A stretch of DNA of 64,000 nt from the NCBI GenBank assembly GCA_963755925.1, contig CAVWLH010000004.1, positions 14,858-78,857 of the forward strand, read 5' to 3'. The notes beneath the pieces were generated by a model that saw nothing but the letters and a program-made list of their open reading frames with translations, did not search any database and was not told the DNA's origin. Shown piece after piece: positions 55,645-64,000 of the stretch. How positions within the stretch are numbered: position 1 is the first letter of the stretch; each line of letters begins with the position of its first letter. This stretch comes from an uncultured Acidobacteriaceae bacterium (GTDB taxonomy: Bacteria > Acidobacteriota > Terriglobia > Terriglobales > Acidobacteriaceae). Position numbers and translations under genes: made by a program.

Positions 55645-56549
55645 TCAGCACTCTCCAGTTATCGAATCTGGTGCTCAACGCGCTGGAGACCTCAGACACT
55701 TCCGAACAGACTGCGCTCACCCAGTTGACCAGCGGACGGCGAGTGAACGCCGATTCCGACGATCCCGCCGCCGCCGCGCAGGAAGTCAACATTTCTTCGC
55801 AGATGAACGACTGCGATCAGTATCTGCGCAGCATCACCAGCCTCACTTCGGAGTTGCAGACCGCCGATTCGTCCCTGAACTCGGTGGTCACTGCGCTGCA
55901 ACAGGCCATCTCTCTGGGCACCGAGGGCGCTAACGGCACCTTGTCGGCGCAAAACTGCAGCACCATCGCGCAGCAGATCAAAGGCATCTCGCAGCAGGTG
56001 TTCAGCGTGGCTAACCTCAGCTACAACGGCACCTACGTTTTTGGTGGAACCGAGACCACGAAGCCGCCTTATGTGCTGGACAACTCCGTTGCCGGTGGAG
56101 TTTAGTATCAAGGCAACGACGATGTGAACTCAGTCGAGGTGGCGCAAGGAGAATCCGTAGCCGTGAACCAGCCCGGCAGCCAGTTGTTCTCCTCTCAGGA
56201 CGCCAACGTCTTCGTGGCCCTGGACGACCTGACCACGGCGCTCGAATCCAATAGCTCTACCGACGACATCGGCGACGCGGTCACGCAGTTGCGTAGCGCC
56301 TACGATCAGCTTACGTCGGCGCGCACCTTCTATGGCAGCACCGTCGACCAGATCGTCGGCACCCAGGTCTTTCTGGACAGCGAGAGCCTTCAGCTTGCCG
56401 CGCAGCAGAACAGCACCGTCGGCATCGACATGGACGTCGCCGTAACCGACCTGACCAATGCCGAGGAGTCGCGCGCCGCCACCGTACAGGCCGCCTCCAG
56501 CATGAATGGCACTACCTTGATGGATTACCTGGCTAACATGCAGCGTTAG
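55641..56549 (+). pseudogene. flgL: flagellar hook-associated protein 3 FlgL, frame-disrupted in this sequence
   Basis: ATGA overlap with flgK. N-terminus LTSGRRVNADSDDPAAAAQ (flagellin-N-like). It continues in ORF 56124..56549 (YQGNDDVNSVEV...FYGSTVDQIV...). One switch near 56100. Confidence 0.85.
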
Positions 56550-56627
56550 CTTAGCAGTCAGCAAAAGCGCGACAGGAAAGTTACCTGTTGAGAACTTTGA
56601 CGCGATATGTGGGCTAGAGCTGGGCGG

Positions 56628-56710
56628 TAAGCTAAGAGCTAAGTGCTGACTGCTGACTGCTGAGTGCTAAGTGCTAGCGAATGCTAAGCTGTGAGCTAAC
56701 TGCTAACCTG
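56628..56710. repeat. 7-bp-period array (TAAGAGC TAAGTGC TGACTGC TGACTGC TGAGTGC TAAGTGC ... TAACTGC TAACCTGC)
   Basis: Read directly from the sequence. It lies downstream of flgL and upstream of the cupin gene. TAA/TGA occur in all three frames. Confidence 0.95.
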
Positions 56711-56747
56711 CCCGGCTGCCGCGCGGGAATGATACCCTGTTGCGATC

Positions 56748-57249
56748 ATGACCGCCGATGAAGTCATACAACTGATGCAGCTGCAGCCGCTCTCCATCGA
56801 AGGCGGCTTCTTTCGCGAAACCTACCGCTCCCGCTGGGTGGTCTCGGCGGAGTATCTGCCCGACGGATTCCGTGGCTCGCGCTCCATTGGCACCGCGATC
56901 TACTACTTGATTACTCCGGAAACCTTTTCCGCGCTGCACCGCCTGCCGGGCACGGAGGTTTTTCATTTCTACCTGGGCGATCCCGTTCTTATGTTGCAGC
57001 TGCTGCCGGATGGCACCTCGCAGACCATCACGCTGGGTCCCGATCTGCTGAACGGGCAGCAGCCGCAAGTGGTGGTGCGAGGACAATATATGGCAGGGCA
57101 GCCGGCTGGCGCCAGGCGGGAAATGGGCGCTGATGGGGACGACCATGTCTCCCGGTTTCGACTACGCCGATTACGAAAACGCCGATCGCGAGCCCTTGCT
57201 CGCGCAATATCCCGGCGCGGCGGCGAAGATCAGGGAGTACACGCGGTAA
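56748..57249 (+). pseudogene. DUF985-type cupin protein, frame-disrupted in this sequence
   Basis: LQPLSIEGGFFRETYRS...GTAIYYLI...FSALHRL...EVFHFYLGDP in ORF 56748... After VVVRG the adjacent frame reads WQGSRLAPGGKWALMGTTMSPGFDYADYENADREPLLAQYPGAAAKIREYTR-stop (TAA 57247..57249). Confidence 0.75.
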
Positions 57250-57314
57250 GAGGCAATTTGGCTTTCGAGGCCGATGTAATACAAACGGTAAGTTGTAGTA
57301 CACTGAAAAGCGCC

Positions 57315-57545
57315 ATGAAAACCACGGTGCAGGCGCGATTGGATCGCCGCTCACAAGCGGCCCTGAACGATTTAGTGAAGCGTCTTGGCTGGAGTCCATC
57401 GCGGGCAGTGCGCGAAGGTCTGGTTATGCTGAACGCCTGTTACGGCAAGGCTTCCCACGCAAGGGTAGTCGGCGTTGGGCAGTTCGCTTCCGGAGTGGCT
57501 GATCTCGGATCAAACAAGAAGCACCTTGCGGGATTCGGCCGTTGA
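57315..57545 (+). CDS. vapB: VapB-type antitoxin (RHH-like)
   Basis: 76 aa from the ATG at 57315 (MKTTVQARLDRRSQAALNDLVKRLGWSPSRAVREGL). It overlaps the downstream PIN gene start by 4 nt. Confidence 0.65.
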   Translation: MKTTVQARLDRRSQAALNDLVKRLGWSPSRAVREGLVMLNACYGKASHARVVGVGQFASGVADLGSNKKHLAGFGR

Positions 57546-57958
57546 AGCCCGTCCTGCTGGACACAGGAGTGGTGGTTGCCCTGCTGGACCGAAGCGAGCG
57601 ATATCACGTTCAATGTGTTGCCGTCCTCGCAGAAATCGAACGGCCGCTCGTAACCTGCGAGGCCGTCATCGCGGAGAGTTGCTATTTGTTGCGCCGGCTT
57701 ACGGGAGCTTGCGAGACGGTGTTGGACAACATTGCAAAAGGCGCTTTCCTGGTGCCGTTTCAGCTTTCACCGTCTGCCTCGGCGGTGCGCAGCATCATGC
57801 GCAAATATAGGGACCTGCCGGCCGACTTCGCTGATGCCTGTCTTATTCAATTGGCCGAGCAGCTGAATACTGGAGATGTTCTTACCCTGGATCGGGATTT
57901 TGAGTTATACCGATGGAGCCGGAGCTACCGCTTTCATTTGCTCATCGACCTGAAGTAA
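57542..57958 (+). CDS. vapC: PIN-domain ribonuclease toxin VapC
   Basis: KPVLLDTGVVVALLDRSERYH...EAVIAESCYLL...DFADACLIQLAEQL...VLTLDRDF. The conserved PIN acidic residues are present. TTG start. Confidence 0.8.
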   Translation: MKPVLLDTGVVVALLDRSERYHVQCVAVLAEIERPLVTCEAVIAESCYLLRRLTGACETVLDNIAKGAFLVPFQLSPSASAVRSIMRKYRDLPADFADACLIQLAEQLNTGDVLTLDRDFELYRWSRSYRFHLLIDLK

Positions 57959-58133
57959 TCCGCCGACTTTTCCTTCGCGTGAACTCCTGCCTGCAGCTGT
58001 TGTGTTAAGAGCACGCCCAGGAATTTTGTTCACCACAGGGGCCCAGAGGGCATCGAGCAAATTAAAGCTGTCTGGAGTTTTCGGTCTCCAATTATTCAAT
58101 GTTGCTCATAATCGGCACTTCCGTTCCGCACCC

Positions 58134-58272
58134 GAGTTCAGCACTTCAGTTCAGCACTTCAGTTCAGCACTTAGCTCAGCGCTTCAGCTCACTTCAGTTC
58201 AGCACTTCAGTTCAGCACTTCAGTTCAGCACTTCAGTTCAGCTCAATTCAGGCTTAGATCAGCACTTCAGCG
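58134..58272. repeat. tandem array, ~13-bp unit GTTCAGCACTTCA (about 10 units, some degenerate)
   Basis: Read directly from the sequence: gttcagcacttcagttcagcacttcagttcagcacttagctcagcgcttcagctcacttcagttcagcacttcag... Confidence 0.95.
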
Positions 58273-58321
58273 GTTGAGATGACAACCCTACAACCTCTGT
58301 GATCTCCGTACCTCTGTGGTG

Positions 58322-58352
58322 AATAAAAACGCGGCTCCCCGAAGAGAGCCGC
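58322..58352 (-). terminator. rho-independent terminator of the cytochrome c gene
   Basis: The minus strand reads GCGGCTC-tcttcggg-GAGCCGC followed by GTTTTTATT. It lies 27 nt after the stop at 58379. Confidence 0.8.
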
Positions 58353-58378
58353 CTGGCTAGAACGCGAAATACGTTGAG

Positions 58379-58702
58379 CTACTGCTTCAAGGTGCGGATG
58401 TATCCGACCAGGTCTTTGATCTGGGCATCGGTCAGCTTGCCCTTGAAGCCCGTCATCTTGCCTTTGCCGTTGTTGATGACGCCGGTCAGGTCGGCATCGG
58501 ACATTCCCTGTACGGCAGCGCTGCCCAGCGGAGTCATCCCCATGGATTTCGCCATGCCGGCGCTGGGAACGCCGCCCGGACCATGACACATCTGGCATTT
58601 TGCTTTATAGGTATCGGCGCCCGCCTGCGCTGCCGCCATTGGCGGCAAGGCCAGGGCAAGTACCAAACTGAACAATGCGATTCGTACAAACCATCTCGTC
58701 AT
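58379..58702 (-). CDS. c-type cytochrome (class I, single haem)
   Basis: Internal Met of ORF 58379..58810: MTRWFVRIALFSLVLALALPPMAAA (signal peptide), the CQMCH haem motif, and a distal Met region GKMTGFKGKL. Confidence 0.85.
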   Translation of the reverse strand: MTRWFVRIALFSLVLALALPPMAAAQAGADTYKAKCQMCHGPGGVPSAGMAKSMGMTPLGSAAVQGMSDADLTGVINNGKGKMTGFKGKLTDAQIKDLVGYIRTLKQ

Positions 58703-59076
58703 TCGTCTTCTCTCCTTCAGCAGTCCCCTTAAAGGGGAAGTAGGGTAGAACAAAAGCGCCGCGATTGACGGCGAACCCAATCTACTCCTCGAACCCGCGT
58801 TCGCCAACAACTACTTCTGCTTCGCCTTCCGCCGGCGGAGCCATCACCGCCCAGCCCAAGCCACCGCGTCGCTCCGCCCGACCACCTACGTGCGAAAACC
58901 CACTCTCAGAAGGGTGATAAACCGCTAAATCCGCTTGCCGGCACAAATCCAACTGGTTTGGGAATAAACCTAACGTGCTGCCCTGGAACAACTTAACCGC
59001 ACTGCCCAGGAGGCTCGCGCTTTGGCATCCCCGGTGCCTCTATCCCTAACAGAACTCGTAGGACTGAGAGGCACCC

Positions 59077-60396
59077 GTGGAACCGACGCTGGCAATCATC
59101 GGACTCAACTTCCGCACTTCCCCTGTCGCCGTGCGCGAGCGTTTCTGGATCAGTCCCGCCCGCCGCTGCGAGACGTTGCTGCAACTGGTTCGTTCCGAGG
59201 GCATCGAGGAGATCATCGTACTGGCCACCTGCAACCGCACCGAGTTCATTATCTGGGCCAGCGATGTTCCCACTGCCGCCAATTCCGTGCTGCGTTTCCT
59301 TACCCAGGAATATCAACTGAAGCTCAGCGAGTGGTCGCATTTCTACCGCCTGATGGACGATGTAGCCTTGACTCATATCTTCCGCGTTACCTCCAGTTTG
59401 GATTCCATGGTGCTGGGCGAGCCGGAAATTACCGGACAAGTGAAGGACGCCTGGGCGCAAGCGCAAGAGTGTGGCACGACGGGACGTTTCCTGGATGCAG
59501 TCATGCAGAAAGCCCTCACCGTATCCAAGCGGATTCGCACCGAGACCGCGATCGGTACCTCGGCCGTTTCGGTTCCCTACGCGTCGGTGGAGCTCTCACG
59601 CGGCGTGCTGGGAGATCTTTCAGGCCGCGAAGTGCTGCTGATTGGTGCGGGCAAGATGAGCGAGCTGGCCGCCCATTACCTGATGAAGGCCGGCGCCAGC
59701 CAGGTCAAAGTGATGAACCGCACGGCGTGTCGCGGCGAAGAGCTGGCTACCAAATTAGGCGCGATCCCGGTTTCATTTGAAGACCGGTTCAAACATTTGA
59801 AGAAGGCGGACATCGTGGTTAGCAGCACCTCCTGCCCAGATGTCATTCTCAGCCGCCAGGACGCGGAGCAGATTGCGCAGGAACGGCAGCACCGGCCTAT
59901 GGTGATGATCGATATTGCCGTGCCGCGAGACATTGATCCGGCGGTGCGCGAAGTCGAAGGCATTCACCTGTTCGACATGGACGACCTGGAGCATGTGGTG
60001 CAACGCAACGCCGTTGGCCGCCAGACGGCGGCTGAAGCTGCGGAAAAAATTGTGCAGGCGGAGTTGCAGGGCTTTCGTCGCAAACTGATGGCGGAGCGAG
60101 TTGTGCCCACCATCGTAGCCCTGCGCCAGCGCCTCGATGAACTTTGCCGGCAGGAATTGGAAGCTCTGCGCAAGGAGTTCGGCCCTTTCACGGAAGACCA
60201 GGACCAGGCATTAACTGCACTGACTAGCCATATTACCCAGCGCATTGCTGGATCCCTGGCCCGTGAATTGAAGGAACTTCCAGAGAGGCAGGAACAGGAT
60301 GTGTTGACCGCAGCGGTCGGCCGCCTGTTTCACCTTGAACAGCCCATAAAGGCTGCCGCCGGCACCAAAGAACAGCAATTAGCGATTAGCAATTAG
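59077..60396 (+). CDS. hemA: glutamyl-tRNA reductase
   Basis: [15 protein letters not shown]...[11 protein letters not shown] (catalytic Cys)...[10 protein letters not shown]...[13 protein letters not shown]. 439 aa. GTG start. Confidence 0.92.
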   Translation: MEPTLAIIGLNFRTSPVAVRERFWISPARRCETLLQLVRSEGIEEIIVLATCNRTEFIIWASDVPTAANSVLRFLTQEYQLKLSEWSHFYRLMDDVALTHIFRVTSSLDSMVLGEPEITGQVKDAWAQAQECGTTGRFLDAVMQKALTVSKRIRTETAIGTSAVSVPYASVELSRGVLGDLSGREVLLIGAGKMSELAAHYLMKAGASQVKVMNRTACRGEELATKLGAIPVSFEDRFKHLKKADIVVSSTSCPDVILSRQDAEQIAQERQHRPMVMIDIAVPRDIDPAVREVEGIHLFDMDDLEHVVQRNAVGRQTAAEAAEKIVQAELQGFRRKLMAERVVPTIVALRQRLDELCRQELEALRKEFGPFTEDQDQALTALTSHITQRIAGSLARELKELPERQEQDVLTAAVGRLFHLEQPIKAAAGTKEQQLAISN

Positions 60397-60423
60397 CTGC
60401 GAGCCGCGAGCTTCGAGCTAGCG
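60375..60423. repeat. 7-bp-period array (GCAATTA GCGATTA GCAATTA GCTGCGA GCCGCGA GCTTCGA GCTAGCG) overlapping the last 7 codons of hemA
   Basis: Read directly from the sequence. The hemA stop TAG (60394..60396) lies inside the array. Confidence 0.9.
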
Positions 60424-60509
60424 GAAATAATAACACTGGTCAAACTAGCGAAGGGTCGTAGCCTTGATTAGTAGTAGCCTCTTTAAGCAGCAGCCGGTTT
60501 GGTAGCAAC

Positions 60510-60540
60510 ACGAAGCTCGCAGCTCGTACCTCGAAGCTAA
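60510..60540. repeat. 7-bp-period array (ACGAAGC TCGCAGC TCGTACC TCGAAGC TAA), inverted partner of 60396..60423
   Basis: gaagctcgcagctcg is complementary to cgagcttc/gctgcgagc in the left array. It runs into the RBS AAGGAG of the next gene. Confidence 0.8.
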
Positions 60541-60552
60541 AAGGAGTACCCA

Positions 60553-61245
60553 ATGTCATCCCCTGCGCAAGACAACAAGAACACCATCGCCGGTTTCACT
60601 ACGGTGCAAGCCTATACGCTGGCGGTCATCACCCTGGCCATCGGAATCGCAGTAGGCTACTTTGCCCGCGGCTCCGCTGCCCCAGCATCTCCCGCTGCTG
60701 AGAGCGCGCAAACTGCCGCCCCCGGCGCCATGGGAAGCGCTCCGGTGGGAGCAGCCCAGCTTCCCGGAATCGGCTCGGCTCAACAACAGCAACCTGTTCC
60801 GCCTCAGGAGCTGGCGAAAGCTGCTCAGCCGCTGCTCACCCAACTGCAAAGCAATCCCAAAGATTTCGATACTCTGGCCAAGCTCGCGAACCTGTACTAC
60901 GACAGCCAGGCCTACCCCCAAGCCATCGAATATTACGAGAAGGCCGTGGTCATTCAGCCTGACAACGCCGATGTCCGTACCGACCTGGGGACTTCGTACT
61001 GGTACACCGGCGATGCAGATAAAGCCATCGCGAGCTTCCAAAAGGCGCTTGCCATTCGCCCCAACCATCCGGGAACTCTATTTAATCTCGGCATCGTAAT
61101 GTGGCAGGGCAAGAAGGATCCCAAGGGCGCGGTGATAGTTTGGGAAAAACTACTGCAAACCAATCCCGATTATCCGCAGAAGGAGCAAGTTCAGATGTTG
61201 ATTGAGCGCGCGAAAATGCACGGAGCTGGCGTTACCAAAGGTTAA
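60553..61245 (+). CDS. membrane-anchored TPR-repeat protein
   Basis: One N-terminal TM (AYTLAVITLAIGIAVGYF), an Ala/Pro/Gln linker, then 3-4 TPR units (LANLYYDSQAYPQAIEYYEKAVVIQPDNADV...). Confidence 0.75.
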   Translation: MSSPAQDNKNTIAGFTTVQAYTLAVITLAIGIAVGYFARGSAAPASPAAESAQTAAPGAMGSAPVGAAQLPGIGSAQQQQPVPPQELAKAAQPLLTQLQSNPKDFDTLAKLANLYYDSQAYPQAIEYYEKAVVIQPDNADVRTDLGTSYWYTGDADKAIASFQKALAIRPNHPGTLFNLGIVMWQGKKDPKGAVIVWEKLLQTNPDYPQKEQVQMLIERAKMHGAGVTKG

Positions 61246-61277
61246 GTATCAGCTTGGTGCACAATCCAGTCGCTCAC

Positions 61278-61318
61278 CCCGGGACGATGCTGGCGCAGAG
61301 CTCGTTCCGGGTTTTTTT
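61278..61318 (+). terminator. rho-independent terminator after the TPR gene
   Basis: CCGGGACGA-14 nt loop-TCGTTCCGG (8 of 9 bp) followed by TTTTTTT (61312..61318). Confidence 0.7.
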
Positions 61319-61560
61319 GCGCGCGAGAGGTTGGCCCTGCATTGGCATAGCCCCTTATAAAGACGGCGCTGCAACCAGTTAAAGAATCTCGCTCTTAAAC
61401 ACGCCGCTCGATTAATGGATTGCACCAGACGCGCGATGGCAGCGCAGTGAGCCCGTGGCGTTCGCAAAACAAAATTACCAGTTCCAGCCCGGCAAGGCGC
61501 CGGGTGGTTACGACCCCTATGGCGCGAACTGTCTCAAAAGCAGGGGCAAGTCGTACTGCT

Positions 61561-63369
61561 TTACGCCTCAGGTGGGGCAGCGCTCACGTCCAGCAATCCG
61601 CGCTCTTGCTCAAAAGGAAGGAATACTGAAAACGCCGTCCCGCTGCGCCCAGTACCGATGCGGCTGCTGACGTGGATCGTGCCTTCGTGTTTTTCGGTGA
61701 TGCCGCGGCTGATCCAAAGTCCCAGGCCGGTGCCCTTCTCGCCTTTGGTGGTGTAGAACGGGGCAAACAGATTTCGGCGAACACCTTTAGGAATGCCGAT
61801 GCCGTTGTCGAGCACGGTCACCCGTACGCCCTTGCGTGCCGGATCGGAAGCCAGGCTGGACTCGCGCGTATGCAGCACCAGTTGCACCTCCTCGGGCCAT
61901 GGCTTCCATCGCATTGCCCACCAGATTGGAGAAAACCTGGCGCAACTCGCCGGGAAATCCTCGCACGCAGCGATCGGTGTCGAAGCGGCACTGCACCACA
62001 ATGTGGTTTTGCTTGATCTGCGGAGCGAACACCGTCAGCACGCTTTCCAGAACTTCCGTCAGGCTCACCGCTGACCGGACTTCTTGCCTCGCGATGGAAG
62101 GTCAATAGTTGCCCGGTGATTTGCGCGATGCGGACCAGTTCATCGCTGGCCATTTGCAGATATTGCGCCGAGGTTGGATTCGGCGCCTGTTCATACTGCA
62201 GCAGATAAACCAGGTTGGTGACCGTGTCTAGAGGATTGCGGATCTCATGCGCAATGGTCGCCGACAATCTTCCCGCCAAAGTCAGCCGCTCGCTGGTGCG
62301 CAGGATTTGTTCGGTCTGGCGCCGCTGGGTCACGTCGCGGAACACTACCACCACGCCCACAATGCTGCCCTGGTCATTGAGGATGGGCGATCCCGGTCAA
62401 CTCGATGGGATACTCCTGGCCGCTGCGGCTGGTCAACAACAGGCTGTTGGAGAAGCCAACCACCTTCTGCGCTCGCCGCACCGTCTCAATCGGGTCGTCC
62501 TCAACATTCAACCTGGTGCGCTCGTCGTTCAGTCGCATGACCTCGCCGAAGGGCCGGCCCGTCGCGATGGTGTATTCCCATCCCGTAAGCTGCTGCGCTA
62601 CCGGATTGATGAACAAGACATTGCCTTCCTGATCGGTAGAGACCACCGCCTCGCCCAGGCTCTTGAGGGTGATCTGAAACAGCTCGCGGCTTTCTTTCAG
62701 TTGCTGTTGTTGCGCGGCTTCGGCTCGCAGGTGATCGTTCGTACGTGCTTGACAGCGCCAGCAATTCCCGCCGCGTAAGCGTAAACAGCAGCACCGCGAC
62801 CAACAGCAAAACTCCCACCGCGGAAGCCGATCACGCTGCCATTCAACACGTTGGCGCGATGCGACCGGAGGCGACGCAGACCATCTTCCGCGTTTATGAA
62901 GTCCCGCTGTTGGTTGCGAATTTCCGTCATCAATCGCTGGCCCGCCAGCAGTTCTTCGGGGGTTGGCGGGTTCTGATGACCGCGCTCGATCTGCCGCCCC
63001 GCCCACTGCATCCATCTGGCATACAGGTCCTGAAGCTGACGCAGTCGCGCCTGCTGCTCGGGATTATCGGCAGTCAGGTCCATCGTGGTGTCGAGTTGCT
63101 CCGGCAGCTTGGCTTTCAAGTCATTGTAGGAATCCAGAAAAGTCTGATCGCCGGTCAGGTAGTATCCCCGCAGCCCGGTGTCCATCTCCACCACGCTGCG
63201 CATTGCCGTGCGGGCCTGGCTCGTGACTTGGTCTGAATGCTCCACCCAGCGCAGCGACCACGAGAGCAACAGGATCTCCGCCAGCCAGGGTGGCGGCCAG
63301 CAACACCAGCAGCACTACCGGCAAGGCAACCGTGCGGCGCAGTAAGTTTTGGAAGCTGCGTTGGTCCAT
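61561..63369 (-). pseudogene. sensor histidine kinase (TM-CHASE3-TM-PAS-HisKA-HATPase_c), heavily frame-disrupted in this sequence
   Basis: The pieces lie in six ORFs. N-terminal TM (63121..63471 from MDQRSF). CHASE3 with LRGYYLTGDQTFLDSYN (62697..63269). PAS (62374..63015). HisKA with LSATIAHEIRNPL (61818..62360). N-box QVFSNLVGNAMEA (61787..62068). G-boxes DNGIGIP and GTGLGLWIS (61561..62001). At least 5 switches. Confidence 0.85.
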
Positions 63370-63606
63370 GGCGAGGGGGGTAGTCAACCGCTGACAGACG
63401 TTCGATGATATCGCAACTTCTGCAAGCCACGCGCGGCGGAACTGCGCCTGTTCAATTTCGGCTGGCGCCATTCCGCAACCGTCCCCGGCTCATCCTATTG
63501 CCCGCCGAGGTAAAATGCGCTCGGGGAAAGATGTTCGCCCATCCCATCCATCGCAGGCTCTTGCACATCGAATGCGCCGCTGCGACTAAATCTGCTGTCG
63601 TGGTAA

Positions 63607-64000
63607 GCGCTGCTGTTAGCCACCGCCGCGGCCGCCCCAGGTCCCACCCAGTTCAAGCCGGGCTTTAATCTCTTTACCAAACAGCAAGACATTCAACTCG
63701 GCCAGGAAGCGGCGGCGCAGATACGCGAGAATGTGACCATCGTCCACGATCCCGTGCTCACCGCCTATGTGAACTCCGTGACCAAACGACTCATGGCATC
63801 GCCCGAGGCGAAAGCCAGCGGATTCACCTTTACCTTCCAGATCGTTGCCGACCCTGCGCATCAACGCCTACGCTCTGCCGGGCGGTCCCATGTTCATCAA
63901 CACCGGGTTGCTGAGGGAGGTTGCCAATGAGGCGCAGTTCGCCGGCGCCATAGCCCACGAGATGTCGCACGTCATCCTGCGTCACGGCACCAATCAGGCC
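63607..64000 (+). pseudogene. M48-family (HExxH) metallopeptidase, 5' partial in the window and frame-disrupted; start uncertain
   Basis: ALLLATAAAAPGPTQFKPGFNLFTKQQDIQLGQEAAAQIRENVTIVHDP... (frame of ORF 63733..63930). After IVADP another frame reads INAYALPGGPMFINTGLLREVANEAQFAGAIAHEMSHVILRHG. It runs off the window end. Confidence 0.75.

Noticed and set aside
56628-56710. CRISPR array as an explanation for the tandem arrays (also 2634, 32459, 42790, 50241, 58134)
   Set aside because: The periods are 7, 13 or 14 bp with no unique spacers, and no cas genes are in the window. They are microsatellite-like, not CRISPR.

Overview
This is a high-G+C chromosomal segment from a diderm, flagellated bacterium. 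It carries the lipid A genes lpxD and an LpxL-like gene, plus the flagellar L- and P-ring genes. The gene content and dispersed repeat families look Acidobacteria/Terriglobia-like to me, but I cannot verify that without a search.

Layout:
- 0-23 kb: housekeeping genes. These include an RRM protein, csp, a GDP-mannose trio (PMM, manC, manA), an aminotransferase, coaD, recA, long-form thyX, fabG, purH, two TPR-tailed polytopic membrane proteins, a BI-1-like protein and ruvB.
- 24.3-29.1 kb: a visibly lower-G+C islet with two genes. One is a 13-TM-type membrane protein. The other is an 803-aa, 32-Cys secreted protein whose N-terminal part looks thaumatin-like.
- 29.7-36.8 kb: lipid A genes and miscellaneous genes.
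- 37.1-56.5 kb: a large flagellar cluster, in this order: fliN-like, fliOPQR, flhBA, fliA, fliM, fliN, then a module of MshEN-type protein + HDOD-like protein + CheY, then flgFGAHIJ, flgM, flgN, flgKL.
- 56.7-64 kb: a cupin, vapBC, cytochrome c, hemA, a TPR protein, a CHASE3-PAS histidine kinase and a partial M48 peptidase.

Three window-wide observations:
1. About 39 reading-frame breaks fall in about 22 otherwise well-conserved genes, including recA, purH, fabG, thyX and ruvB. Where I inspected them, they are repaired by +/-1 nt in a short homopolymer. This points to indel errors in the sequence rather than real pseudogenes. Such genes are listed as type pseudogene only because they are not contiguous as given.
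2. Intergenic DNA is packed with several repeat families. The most striking are strict 7-bp-period arrays at gene boundaries. Many of these place stop codons in all three frames.
3. The flagellar cluster contains an unusual candidate c-di-GMP-sensing module and lacks flhF/flhG.

All calls come from reading the ORF translations and the DNA by eye. No searches or computations were run.
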